Shown here: one piece after another, positions 52,998 to 64,000 of the stretch
Layout of the letters: every line of letters begins with the position of its first letter
Numbering within the stretch: position 1 is the first letter of the stretch
NCBI GenBank assembly: GCA_051294905.1
Contig: CM119378.1
Coordinates: 3,908,001-3,972,000, forward strand
Origin: Botryllus schlosseri
Taxonomy: Eukaryota
Direction: 5' to 3'
Length of the DNA stretch: 64,000 nt
Translations under genes and position numbers: made by a program
The notes under the pieces: model-generated
What the model was told of the DNA's origin: nothing
Seen by the model: the letters and a program-made list of their open reading frames with translations, nothing else
Databases searched by the model: none

Positions 52998-54527
52998 TAG
53001 GGATGGTGTGAACGTGAGGTTCACGTTCGCGTTCTGTGCGTGAACCTCAGGAATTTAGAGGTTCACGTTCACAAACGAACCTTGGTAGGTTCTGCACTGT
53101 GAACCTTTTTCATGTATTACCATTATCGCTTCATTATAACATATTTGGTTGAAATTTACTGCATTTCAACTGCGGACCACTCTATGCATGGCGCTGGCAC
53201 TATAAAAAACTCAACACTAAACGAGCATGCACCTTGACAATATCCAAAATTTTACTTACTTTGTTACAAAAGTTTGCTCAAACTCGAAATATCCAGCTTT
53301 CCGTTTCTGAATATTTAGTGACTCTCTGGTGTGAGCTTGACCCCCATTAACACAAGATCAAGAGTGAAATACACTATACATGTAGGTAGTCAGCGAATGA
53401 TGCTTATTCAACCACTTCGCGAAATTGCTGTCGTTGTCTGATGTAAAATATCTAGCAGGCGTACGTGGTCAATAGGGCTGTTCAAAAATAACTTTTTTTT
53501 CCCGATTCAAGCCGCTCACCTCTTAAATCGTCAGGTTGCAGTAGAAATCCTTGCTCACCAAATTTCACTCGATTCCAACCAGTAAAGGCCTCCGCAGACC
53601 CAATTAAAATTTTTAATTTATTATGGAAAATGAAAAAAAAAAAATTTCCAAATTTTTCTGCCAACCCCATGAAATTGCTGAGCTGTCTTCAAAGACGTTG
53701 CAAAACAAATTTGAGTCAATTCCGACCAGTAGAAGCGGAGTTATGTGAGTTTTTCGATGATAATCCTCGGATTATCCTTGATTGGTCATAATCCGCGATT
53801 TATCAGCGAAAAACTTACATAACTCCGCTTCTACTGGTCGGAATTGACTCAAATTTGTTTTGCAACGTCTTTGAAGACAGCTCAACAATTTCATGGGGTT
53901 GGCAGAAAAATTAGGAATTTTTTTTTTTAATTTTCCATAATAAATTAAATTTTTTAATTGGGTCTACGGAGTCCTATACTTGTTAGAATCGAACCAAATT
54001 TGGTGTGCAGCGTTTTTTAGGGTAACCTGACAATTTAATCAGTGAATGGCTGGAATCTGAAAAAAAAAGTTATTTTTGAACAGCCCTAGTGGTCAATCTT
54101 GATGTTTATTGTATCATAAAAACCAAATCCGTGCGATTGGGGTGTTGGCTACTGCTGTAACTTGTTAAAGGGGTAATATCGGTGGCAAGTACAGAAACCC
54201 GTTTTACACTCCGCTCTATATCAACGTAGCAATACACAAACGCCGCATATATTGTCCGATCTGGCCTAGACCCTTAAGGCGTAAGCAATAAGCATATATA
54301 TTCCGTTGCAAGTCCTCGTCGAAATTGTTGGCATATTGACGGACGATATTGATTTTATGCGATTAATATACATGATATAGGCTATCACTTCACTGAAATG
54401 TAGGGTTGGAATTAGCAATATGACGTCACGTGACGTCATGATGTTCACGTTTACGTTCACACAGAGCCTTTCAAAAAGGTTCCCGTTCACACGAACCTGA
54501 ACCTTTCAGTGGTTCACACCATCCCTA
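52998..54527 (+). mobile_element. TAGGGATGGTGTGAAC-family MITE with a nested palindromic MITE
   Basis: TIRs present; flanking repeat TAGGGCC. Confidence 0.88.
53473..54088. mobile_element. Palindromic TAGGGCTGTTCAAAAAT MITE, second copy
   Basis: TSD GTGGTCAA; homologous to 34600-35183. Confidence 0.92.
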
Positions 54528-54564
54528 TAGGGCCCTACGAATTTTCGCGCATTGTCATTCAACT

Positions 54565-57500
54565 CATAGGCGCCGACTTACGAGGTGGCGGCCACCTCGT
54601 ACGAAATGCTCAAACACTCAAATGATTTGTGACCAGAAATTAGTAATCATAGGGCAAGTTTGTGCAACTTTTGCAACTTTTTTTTACAGCTTCCGGCAGC
54701 TTCCTAAATACTTGTAAGATATGTAGAATGCTGTTTTAAGCTGTTTGAAGGAATCTATAGTGCAACTTTTTGCAACTTTTGTCCATTTTTTTCTTGCAAC
54801 TTTTTGCAACATTTTGCAACTTTTTCGATTTTTCATGAAAGTATTTTCGATTCTGGTGAAATACACGGCCAAATTCGACTGAAACACCGTAAAACAGCAT
54901 CGAAGTAACGATTTTACGGGTAGTTCGGGAGCTGAGCCGGAAAATTGCGCTTTTTTTTAGACAACCGAGCAAAATGTGGTCAAAATGCAACTTTTGCAAC
55001 TTTCTTCAAAAATAAATAAATGAATGCAACTTTCCACGGATTTAACTGCAACAAAAACTTGCCCTAGGTAATCAGGCGAATCGATGCGACCTCGTTGGAG
55101 AGACGTCTTCGTTTTCGATACGCGTATGTGCCAGGCGCATAGCTACGGGGGTTTGGCGTTCGAATCCCCTGTTTGAAACGCGAAAGCCCGTCATTTTAAA
55201 ATGGCCATTCCAACTCTAATATTCAGTTGCAATTCAAGAATTATGTTACTGGTGTTCCGCGCGACCGATTTGCGAGAAGCGAGTTGTCAATTACCGCGAA
55301 GTGTCCGCGATGATATCCCGCTGAGATGGTCGCGAAATTAGGTCAGTCATTCCCGTGCGCGTGGCAATCGTCGCTAGCCTGATTTATCGCATCGCGAACA
55401 ATCCTGATTTCGCCGGCTTGAACAATCGCATCTGGAATAGGCCCAGTTCACACTATATCATCGCTTGTCTGCGCAATCGCATCTGCATTGGCGGCTTCTG
55501 CCTGGTGTGCACTATATCATCGCTGGCCTACACGATAGCATCTCTAATAGGGCTGGTGCGAAAAATATAATTGCTGGCCTTACTATCGCGTCTCGGGCTC
55601 CTATATCTCTCGCTGGTTTGGAGACAATGCGGTCGAGTTTACGCTGATTAGTGATTGTTTTATGTCATATTGATTGAAAAGCGACATCGCGAAACTGAAT
55701 AACATCGAATCGCTGCAAACAGACCTCAACGTGCGTAATTGATTTCCGCTAATACTTGAACGTAACGATCAGAAGATGTGTATCATGGCTTGAGTTCTAA
55801 AAGACGACAAAGGTCCGACCCAACTCAAATTGGTGCCATCGGGTTCGGACATTTTCCTTTTCGGAAACTGTCGCCGATGCTGCGTAATACGCGCGCGCAT
55901 TTAATTGTTGACCAGAGATCAGGAACTCGCTAATTGACAGCACTTCCGGACTCTTTGGCAAACTTATCATACGCCTAAAATCGTCAACAAGAAGAGATTA
56001 TATGATCGTCATTTACACATGTACTTAACCCGAATTGAATTGATGCAATATTGGTAAATTTGAAAAAAAATCCATATCCCCCTAATTTTCCGACTGGCTA
56101 CGCGCCTAGCGTATGCGGAGAACCACCATTATAGATCTCCTCTCCCGACCACGTACTCAAACAGGCGTTCTGCTTCTCTAAAATCTAAATTATGTTCGCC
56201 CATATTCGTTTACAAAACCATTCTTGAGCTAGCTAGCTTCGTAATAGTCTTGGTAACCGCATCGCGAAATTGGAGGGTGTGTTAGCGTATGCCTGCAAAT
56301 TAAGATTCATTTCTGCGCATATTCGTTTCTCTAACAAGGCATTACCAGTGACATTAATTATGAAATGCAGCAATACAGCTTAAACACTGATATAATGAGA
56401 TAACATTTGTCACGACGAAAGCTACTCAATACGTTGTCAGACTCAAAACACATTCGTGGCGATACTGATTAGAATACACGCTTTCTCGTTTGCCATCTAT
56501 ATTTGTCGTTGTCTGCTTGATACATTCGTACTCAGAAATTTTCGCACAATGTCATTTTTAAGTGTTATTTTCGTTATTAACGTGCAGTGTGCCATGCCAG
56601 TGTCAAATATTGCTGCATCACGAGATTCTGGGTGGCACTAACTCTGAATTAATTCGATTCGTTTGAACAGGGAACCTTCTATACTCCGATAAACTTGATT
56701 GCCGGACTTACTCGTTCCGAGAACAACAATATCGAATTTTAAACTATTGGACATTTGGTAGACACTCGATTTCTATTGAACAGATCGTGGCATCTGCCCG
56801 GAACTGGAATTAATTCTAGCCCAGGGGTGGCCAACCTGCGGTCGTAGAAGGATATTTGTGCGGCCGTCAACACGTAATTCAATTAGTGTGTGTTGGCGGC
56901 CGTCGATTTTGATGCGTATAACAAGCCAATATGAAAACATATATTAGTCCGGAATTCGCCGGTAATGGGCAAGGACAGTTTAATGCGGCCGTGAATAGCA
57001 AAAACGTTGACCACCTCTGTTCTAGCCCATAGTCGTTACATTAAATAGGAATAGGACTATATATATTGTTCCTAGATCTATTTGCGGCGTATACACCGAT
57101 GTACTCCAAAAATGCTTCGCGAACGTAAATCGGGAAATGAACCAATGCCACCAAAATCGCTGTTTTAATCTGCAAACAATTGCCGGAATGCGAGCTACTC
57201 AACACATAGCCAGAAACCGCAAGAGACAATTGCTGATTGGCTGCGCGATTTCGCGTTTGTAATCATCATTATTGTCTGCTTGAAACCTCATATTCGAGAG
57301 CGTGTTACTTGCGATCTTGCCAGGCAAGTGCGTAGTGTATTTCGTTACTCACACGGCGCATTGCGCGTGAATAACATTAGTGCAACTCCAAATTCTCAGT
57401 GACGTTAATTCTGAATTTTGTTCGATTCATTCCGTCGGACGAATACATCGTACATCGTCGGACATATGATCGTACCGTAGAGATTCCATTTAATAACTGG

Positions 57501-57686
57501 ACTGCATGGTTTGCTATCAATGTCTGCAGGGCCGGTAACAAAACGTCACAAATGGTTTAACGCTGCACGTACACCAGCGGCATGTAGTAAAGTGCGTTTT
57601 AGTGCGACGATGACGTCACCGATAGGGAACAATTATGACGTCACAAGACTTCGCCACCTCGTAAAACATAGAAGTCGGCGCCTATG
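54565..57686. mobile_element. Non-autonomous TIR element with nested MITEs (54650-55066, ~55132-56108, 56822-57019)
   Basis: TIR CATAGGCGCCGACTT; TSD ATTCAACT; inner TSDs (A/G)GTAATCA and TTCTAGCC. Confidence 0.82.
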
Positions 57687-57866
57687 ATTCAACTTATAGA
57701 GATCCTTTCGTCTGGCTAGGTAGCTGTCTACATTGGATATGTCAGATTATTATGTTATCGATTGGCTTAGCATGCTTGTTGTGTAAGGCTCCAGAGACAC
57801 GTTGCGCTGTTTATGGAGGGTGTCGATACTTTCTATAGTCGCTTTGGGTCAGTGTGAGCACACATT

Positions 57867-58815
57867 CAGTGTTGGGATCAAGTCACTACTTTCGAGTCAC
57901 GAGTCATTTCGAGTCATTGCATATTTTGACTCGAATCAAGTCAAGTCAATCGATTTTCGAAGGCGACTCGAGTCAAGTCAGCTCACTCGATTTTTAGAGA
58001 TGACTCGAGTCAAGTCGAGTCAAGTCAAGTCAAGTCACAATTCAAGTCAAGTTGCCTTGTCGAAGTATGAGGCATGATTACGTCATGCTAGCTGTCTGAA
58101 ATACAGATTGATGTGGTCATTGATACTGAACCGATGAACGAATATAGAGTTAAATATACACGCAAGAAGGCGCTGTATCGATCACATATACAAAGAACTG
58201 CTGTTGAACCATACGTAAGTAATTGCATAGCCTCAGTTTATAGTTATCAGCCAAAATAGAGAAAAGAATTGGCAAGATGCAATACATTACCCATTTACAT
58301 ACTGATATGATAAAATTCGAGTCTGCGCCAATGGTTGAGGAGTATATAAACTATATTCGGATTCCATTGCAATAAAACAAGAGGTTTGGCTAAGGTATAA
58401 GAACAGAAAACAGAAATGAATATTATGCTATTAAATTACTTCACTACCAGTTTACGACAACGTAAGCTGTAAGCTTCAATCACTACGTTTGTGGTCATTT
58501 TATTTATGTGAGAACAATGGTAGCTCAGTGAAACACACGATCATTGAATAATTGATCGCTCTCACGGGTTACACCATCGTTTCGCGAACAATCCGAACGT
58601 ATGGAAAAAAAAGTGATTTTGATCGACATCGATTACTTGATGACTTGAAATTGACTCGTGAATTTTGCTCCGAGTCACGAGTCAATCCACATTTCTGATG
58701 CGCCGAGTCAAGTCAAGTCATTTTAGCAAAGTGACTCGAGTCAAGTCAAGTCATACGAAAAAGGTGACTCGAGTCAGACTCGAGTCAAGTCATACCTCGA
58801 GTCATCCCAACACTG
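57867..58815. mobile_element. Complete CAGTGTTGGGAT-family MITE
   Basis: TIR CAGTGTTGGGAT; TSD CACACATT; GACTCGAGTC/CAAGT arrays. Confidence 0.92.
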
Positions 58816-59261
58816 CACACATTACCAGCCTTTCCTTGACCAGTAAGGGTAGGACTTGGTCCGCGAATGCAGCAGGTAAAAAAATTTTGATTAGAGGTTT
58901 ACAGCAGGAGTGTCGAACTAAACTGGGGTCGCGGTCGCGGACCGGTCGCGGTCGCGGTCGCGGATTCAATCCTTTATTAGATACCTTGCGGGCCGTACCA
59001 GTCAAATGATTCCAAAATGTTACCACCAAATCCTTACCATTGTTTTTCACTGGAATGCTCTATTACCAAGCCTAGGCCTGCATAGCCCTTGTCAGGAATA
59101 TAGGAGATTTAACTAAACGGTGACGTTGGAATATGGTTTATTATTTATCAATCACCATTCGGATTTCTCTGAATGCCAGATACCTTTTTCGCATCAGAAG
59201 TAATACAGCGGTATCATTGCCGCGACACCAGCTGAGCACTCACTCTCGCCACGTAGGGGCC

Positions 59262-60549
59262 TAGGGATGGTGCGAACCTCTGAAAGGTTCAGGTTCGTGT
59301 GAACGCGAATCTTTTTGAAAGGTTCTGTGTGAACGCGAACGCGAACCTCATGACGTCATGTGACGTCATATTGCTAATTCCAACCCTATCTGTCAATGAA
59401 GTAACTGCCTATGTTAATGTACACGAAACCTAGCCACGACTCAGGCCTCATAATGCCACAATGCTGAAGTACATATTGGCGTTTTAGACGTCGCCAAATG
59501 TATTAAATGAGGCAATCAAATTATAAAATAGTCCCATAAAATCAATACTTTTCGTCTCTTTGCCAGCAATTTCGACGAGGACTTAACAGGGAATAAAAGC
59601 TTACGCCTCAACGGTCTAGGCCAGATCGGACTATGTATTCGGCGCCTAAGTTGTTGTTATTTGTGGTATTCATGGTCTTTGTCGACTATACTATGGTCAG
59701 GTCATTGGTCATTTACACCAGGCCGATATTCTATATATTTTGGATTCCGTGTCTGCCGACGGCACGGCCCACTTCTAGGCGTTTTATAAGACACGGCGAG
59801 GAGGAGCCTAGATAAACCTCCAACACTTGGGTAGGAATTCTGGAGTCGATCTCGGTCGGACTCGAACCCGCAACCCATTGGTGATGTAGCTGTGGATTGT
59901 ACCACTACGATATCTCGCCATTCGGCGTGTAAGTAGGCTATTGCTACATTGATGTCGAGCAGAGTGTAAAACAGGTTTCTATCCTTCCTACCGATATTAC
60001 CCCACAAGGTATACCGCAGTAGCCAACACCTCAATCGCACGGATGTGGTCCTAGTGATACAGTAAACATATATGAGGTCAAGATTGATCCCGTACGCCTG
60101 CTAGATATTTACATCAGAAAACGATATCAATCTCATTGATTGGTTTAATAACGATCATTTGCTGACTACATGTAGTGTATTTCGCTCGTGATGTTGTGTG
60201 ATTGCGGGTCAAGCTCACAGCAGAGAGTCACTAAATATTCACAAACTGAAAGCTGGATATTTCGAGCAAACTTTTGTAACAAAGCAAATAAAATTTTTGA
60301 GATTGTCTAGGCTAGGTGCATGCTCGTTTAGTGTTGACTTTTTATGCTGCCAGCGCCATGCATAGGGTGGTTCGTAGTATAAGTGCAATAAACTCAAACC
60401 AAAGATGTTATAATGAAGTGAAAATTGTTACATATGAAAAAGGTTCACAGTGCAGAACCTACCAAGGTTCTGTTGTGAACGCGAACCTCTAAATTTCCGA
60501 GGTTCACACACAGAACGCGAACGTGAACCTCACGTTCACACCATCCCTA
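59262..60549 (-). mobile_element. TAGGGATGGTGTGAAC-family MITE, reverse orientation
   Basis: TIRs present; body is the reverse complement of the other copies; splits the right arm of the CCATAG element. Confidence 0.88.
59652..59919 (-). mobile_element. tRNA-derived SINE
   Basis: Minus-strand head GGCGAGATATCGTAGTGGT (A-box-like) and GGTTCGAGTCC (B box); short ACA-type tail; imperfect TSD ATTCGGCG..TAAGT; absent from sister MITE copies. Confidence 0.75.
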
Positions 60550-60943
60550 CACGTAGTAACTCGTTTGCTCCTGAGTTAAACTCTCTTTTCTCCAGACAGC
60601 ATTGTTGCGTCACTATACCACTCTCCGTAACAATGAAAAATTTGCAACTGATTGTGGGGGTTCCGCGGCCATGAGCGGAATAAAATTTATATTTCCGTAA
60701 TCAGTTCAGCGGCAGCTTTCGATTGATACCCGTTTTATCAAATTCGATGCTCGGCAAGCCCGTCAAAAATTATCGTCACATTGCCTGTAGCCAAATTGAA
60801 AATGTGACTTAGACCAAATTCACTCAGCCGTGAGATTTGCTTGCTTCCACACCATATAGAACAATATGGTGAAACAAACCACGATCGACTTCGTAAACCG
60901 ACGGTATCATAGAGTTGCAACGGACAACATGTGAGGTAGAGAG

Positions 60944-61392
60944 AGAGAGAGAGAGAGAGAGTCTTTATTTTCATCGAACCAAAATACATAACAAACGGCA
61001 GTGATGGTGGTACAGAAAATATGCGTGCACAGTATTCGGTATTAGATAGGAATGATCGATAAGACCGTGAAGGTCATCTAGTCTGATCACACCAGCATCA
61101 AACAGGTACACTTGACTCAGAACAGTCTGGCTGTAAAAAAATGTTTAGTTAGGAAAGGAAAATAGAAAAAAATTAAACAATGGTAGCAAATGATCAATGA
61201 AGCAATGTCTGGGCGAGGTAGGGCAACAGTGTTAGTGTAACGACAAGAGGTGATCAAGTAGGGCTTTTTTGAATCTATTATAAGGCAATTCACGGATATG
61301 TGATGGTAATGCATTCCAGATGATAGGTCCCGAGTAGTCGATAGATCTCTTAGTTAGGTTGCTATTGGGTTGGGGTAAGTAGACGTTTCCTT
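60944..61392 (-). mobile_element. 5'-truncated CR1/L2-group LINE with (CT)n tail
   Basis: Minus strand reads GNVYLPQPNSNLTKRSIDYSGPIIWNALPSHIRELPYNRFKKALLDHLL, then 3' UTR, AATAAA and (CT)n; flanking repeat TAGAGAG; empty site near 47410. Confidence 0.85.
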
Positions 61393-61946
61393 TAGAGAGG
61401 AAATAATTTTCTTCACCGATGTAGATGTTATGTATTTTCCCTCACTATCCACCTTCAAGTGTGAAAATATTGGCCTAGTTGTTTTTCCTGGCCTGCGTGC
61501 GAAGAATGCTAATGCTGGGATATGAAATAACAACTGGCTAGGTCTGCTATAGGATATTGGTATTATCCTTGCTGACAGCGAGGGAGGCCTGACCTCGATT
61601 CCCTGTCGGCCAAGGAGTTTTAACTTTTTTACTGGTGATAATTATTCAGATCTCTGTTTATACATTTGTAAATAACAAGCTAATTAAGGAAGGGTATTTT
61701 GATAAGGCTATAGCATCGAAGCAGAAAGATACAGCTCAGCAAAATTGTAAGCGCAAGTATATATACAACAAAACGATCCGGACGGGACTATTGCTGGGAT
61801 TGGTCAGTTAATCCATTTGGAAGCATTCTCATTCAGGTGGGCCCACAACCTTCCGCCCCTTCTGACCCTGCCTTTGTCTGCGCAAATTTTAGGCCACGCG
61901 ACTCCTTTCCAAACTGGAATAACCGGATTCTGATTTACGAGAGAGA

Positions 61947-62378
61947 ATGGAGAAATTAGAAGAAAAAGGCAGGAATGTGAAACGCAAAATATCGCAGGTC
62001 CGGTCGCTATTTCACGGATATCTTACCGTTTTCCACTTTGATCGATACATCTTCTACAGTCGATAGAACGCTTGATATCGGAACTGCAGTCGCGAAAGAA
62101 ATATTTGATTGAGGAAGTAGACGCGTTGGTGGCCATAGAAAGCAACGACAAGCACAAAGTTCGGCAAACTATAAAAGTGAGTAAATCCACGAAAAAAAAA
62201 CATCGGTAACGCCACAAAAATCAAAAACCTTCTCAGTTCACGACTGGCGACGAAAATGTCGTGCTTTCCGCAATACGCAATTTCGGTGTCGTTTCCGCGC
62301 ATCCAGAGCTCACATTGAGGGATGACTTGGCCATGGGAGGGGTCGCAAGAGGCACGAATGGCGGCCCGCGGACATCAG
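61947..62378 (+). CDS. 5' exons of a third paralogue (unit 3) of the coiled-coil/NHL gene; may continue beyond the window
   Basis: Exons 61893/61947-61997, 62060-62176 and 62237-62378 have intact splice sites: MEKLEEKGRNVKRKISQ/SIERLISELQSRKKYLIEEVDALVA../FTTGDENVVLSAIRNFGVVS. An in-frame TAA at 61920 lies upstream of the ATG. Confidence 0.65.
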
Positions 62379-62947
62379 GTTTGCTCGGATTTTGTTTTCG
62401 CATACTTAGATTTTGTTCAAAATGGCACCATTACATAGTTTTTGAATGGATTTTCAAAGTAGTCAAAATTTTGTGAAAAGGAACAATGATGTGCAATTTC
62501 ATAGAACCAATATTATTCATAAAGCTGTAAAGCAGCAGAACGCATGCAGAGCAATGCAGTAGGTTGTAGCCAGAAACTAGCTTATAACTTGCTATAAGGC
62601 GTCGTGTTGCTTCATCGATGCTTCAGTCCGGTACATTAGGCTACCAACTTACACAGATGACACGGTATGACATGTTTCATCACAGTAAATAGGGGTCAGC
62701 AAAACATTTGGAATCATCGTATCGTAATCTAGCATATAACTATCGTAACGTCATCTAGCAGCACATGGCGTATTCTCATCTAAATATAACGGACTGTTTT
62801 AGCAGACCACCATTGAAGCTTTCTGGACAAAATACAGGAAACATGTTCCGTTTTTAGAATATTGTATTGTTATTTCTTTTTATGCGCGGTATCAGCAACC
62901 TTGAGTACTTGTATTTATATTGAGTTTTTTTAAAAAGCACATAATTG

Positions 62948-64000
62948 CAGTGTTGGGATCAAGTCACTACCTTCGAGTCAAAAGTCATCTCAAGTCATTG
63001 CACATTGTGACTCGAATCAAGTCATGTCAGTCGATTTTTCAAGGTGACTCGAGTCAATTGTCAAGCCAAGTCACTCGATTCATGGAGGTCAAATCATGAG
63101 TCAAGTCACAATTCAAGTCGAGTCGTCTTTTTGAAGCACGAGGTGTAATTAAATCATTGTATTCGCCATCGAGGATCCAATTTAGAATTGAATAGACATG
63201 CAAAAAGGTGTGGATAGCCAGAGGTGGTCGAAGTAGTCAAGAAAGCTACTCAAATAGAAGTAGAAGTAGCGACGCAAAAATCTACTCAAGTACGAGTAGA
63301 AGTAGTCCTTTAAAAGCAGCCCAAAACTACTTGAAGTAGAAGTAGTATCGACTGACTTTAAATCAACTCAAGTAAGTAAGTAGTTGTCAAAACGATCGTA
63401 ATTCGCTCGCATAGACTGTCAAAAGCTGCAAATTGAGGTATACGAAAGGTGCAGAACTTGATTAATATTGATGCATCCCAGAAGGTATAAATTGTTGACA
63501 GCATGAGCATTGAGCATTCGTCCACATCATTGGATGAAAATAATAGCATTGATATGGGACTGCGATACTAATCCTCTGTTTACTTGAACACCCCGATTCA
63601 GAAAATATCATGGTATGGCGCCCTCCCGCATATTTAAGACTCGTAGTGTGGTCGAAGTGGTGTCGGATACGGTGTTACCACTTTGTGCGATTAGTAAACG
63701 TAAAGATAAAATATGGCTGATCGTAAAAATTCCATATAGTTTAGCTTTATTTTAGGAAAATAGAGGCATTGCTACACTTGCTTCTATACTTCAACATGTA
63801 TGTTCTCCTGACAAAAGAACTGAAACTAATTAGAACTCAATATGATACTGGGAATTGAAAGAGAAGTATAAATACTACTTCTAAAAAGCGGAAAATATAT
63901 TTCATGTTTTTTGTCCAGAAAGTTTCAGCAGTGGTCTGCTAAAACAGGTGTAAAGCTAAGAAAAAGTCAGAGTCACCTTTACCGGATTAGGACATGTCAT
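62948..64000. mobile_element. Left end of a CAGTGTTGGGAT element with a nested CAGAGGTGGTC (AGTAG-repeat) element
   Basis: Same arrangement at 49178-49890 in unit 2; corresponding right ends at ~3140-3275 and 3360-3681 in unit 1. Confidence 0.75.

Larger units (their letters stand above)
51655..60869. mobile_element. 9.2-kb CCATAG-ended long-TIR element with 5-bp TSD and nested cargo
   Basis: Left arm 51655-~52025 is inverted at 59213-59256 plus 60550-60869; TSD TGAAA; empty site visible near 47350 and 850. Confidence 0.85.
46700..64000 (+). repeat. Tandem segmental duplication: unit 2 (~46700-49890) and unit 3 (~50330-64000), both homologous to ~830-2880
   Basis: Collinear similarity 46720-47355 with 50760-51654, 47360-49140 with 60870-62910 and with 850-2570, 49178-49890 with 62948-63640, 2580-2870 with 63712-64000. 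Boundaries are approximate. Confidence 0.9.

Noticed and set aside
59840..59919. tRNA gene
   Set aside because: Has A/B-box-like motifs but no convincing acceptor stem; it is the head of a TSD-flanked SINE

Overview
Eukaryotic (animal, probably invertebrate; taxon not determinable from sequence) transposon-rich DNA. One spliced host gene can be assembled on the + strand (11 exons, 1308-18452, ~537 aa): an N-terminal BBC/ARA70-like coiled coil, a linker of duplicated phase-1 exons and a six-bladed NHL propeller of the TRIM-NHL type, with no RING, B-box or filamin domain visible. Its 5' exons recur in two further tandem units (~46.7-49.9 kb, decayed; ~50.3-64 kb, running off the window). Most of the rest is mobile DNA: a decayed Ty3/Gypsy element with both LTRs in an intron, a full-length I-clade LINE (gag-like ORF1; APE-RT-RNase H ORF2) split by a 5.1-kb nested stack and itself inside an old L2-type LINE, CR1/L2-group 3' fragments, a tRNA-derived SINE, and many non-autonomous TIR elements with readable target-site duplications (TSDs), including an unclassified CCATAG-ended family with 5-bp TSDs. 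No prokaryotic systems, CRISPR arrays, rRNA or true tRNA genes were seen. All alignments were made by eye.
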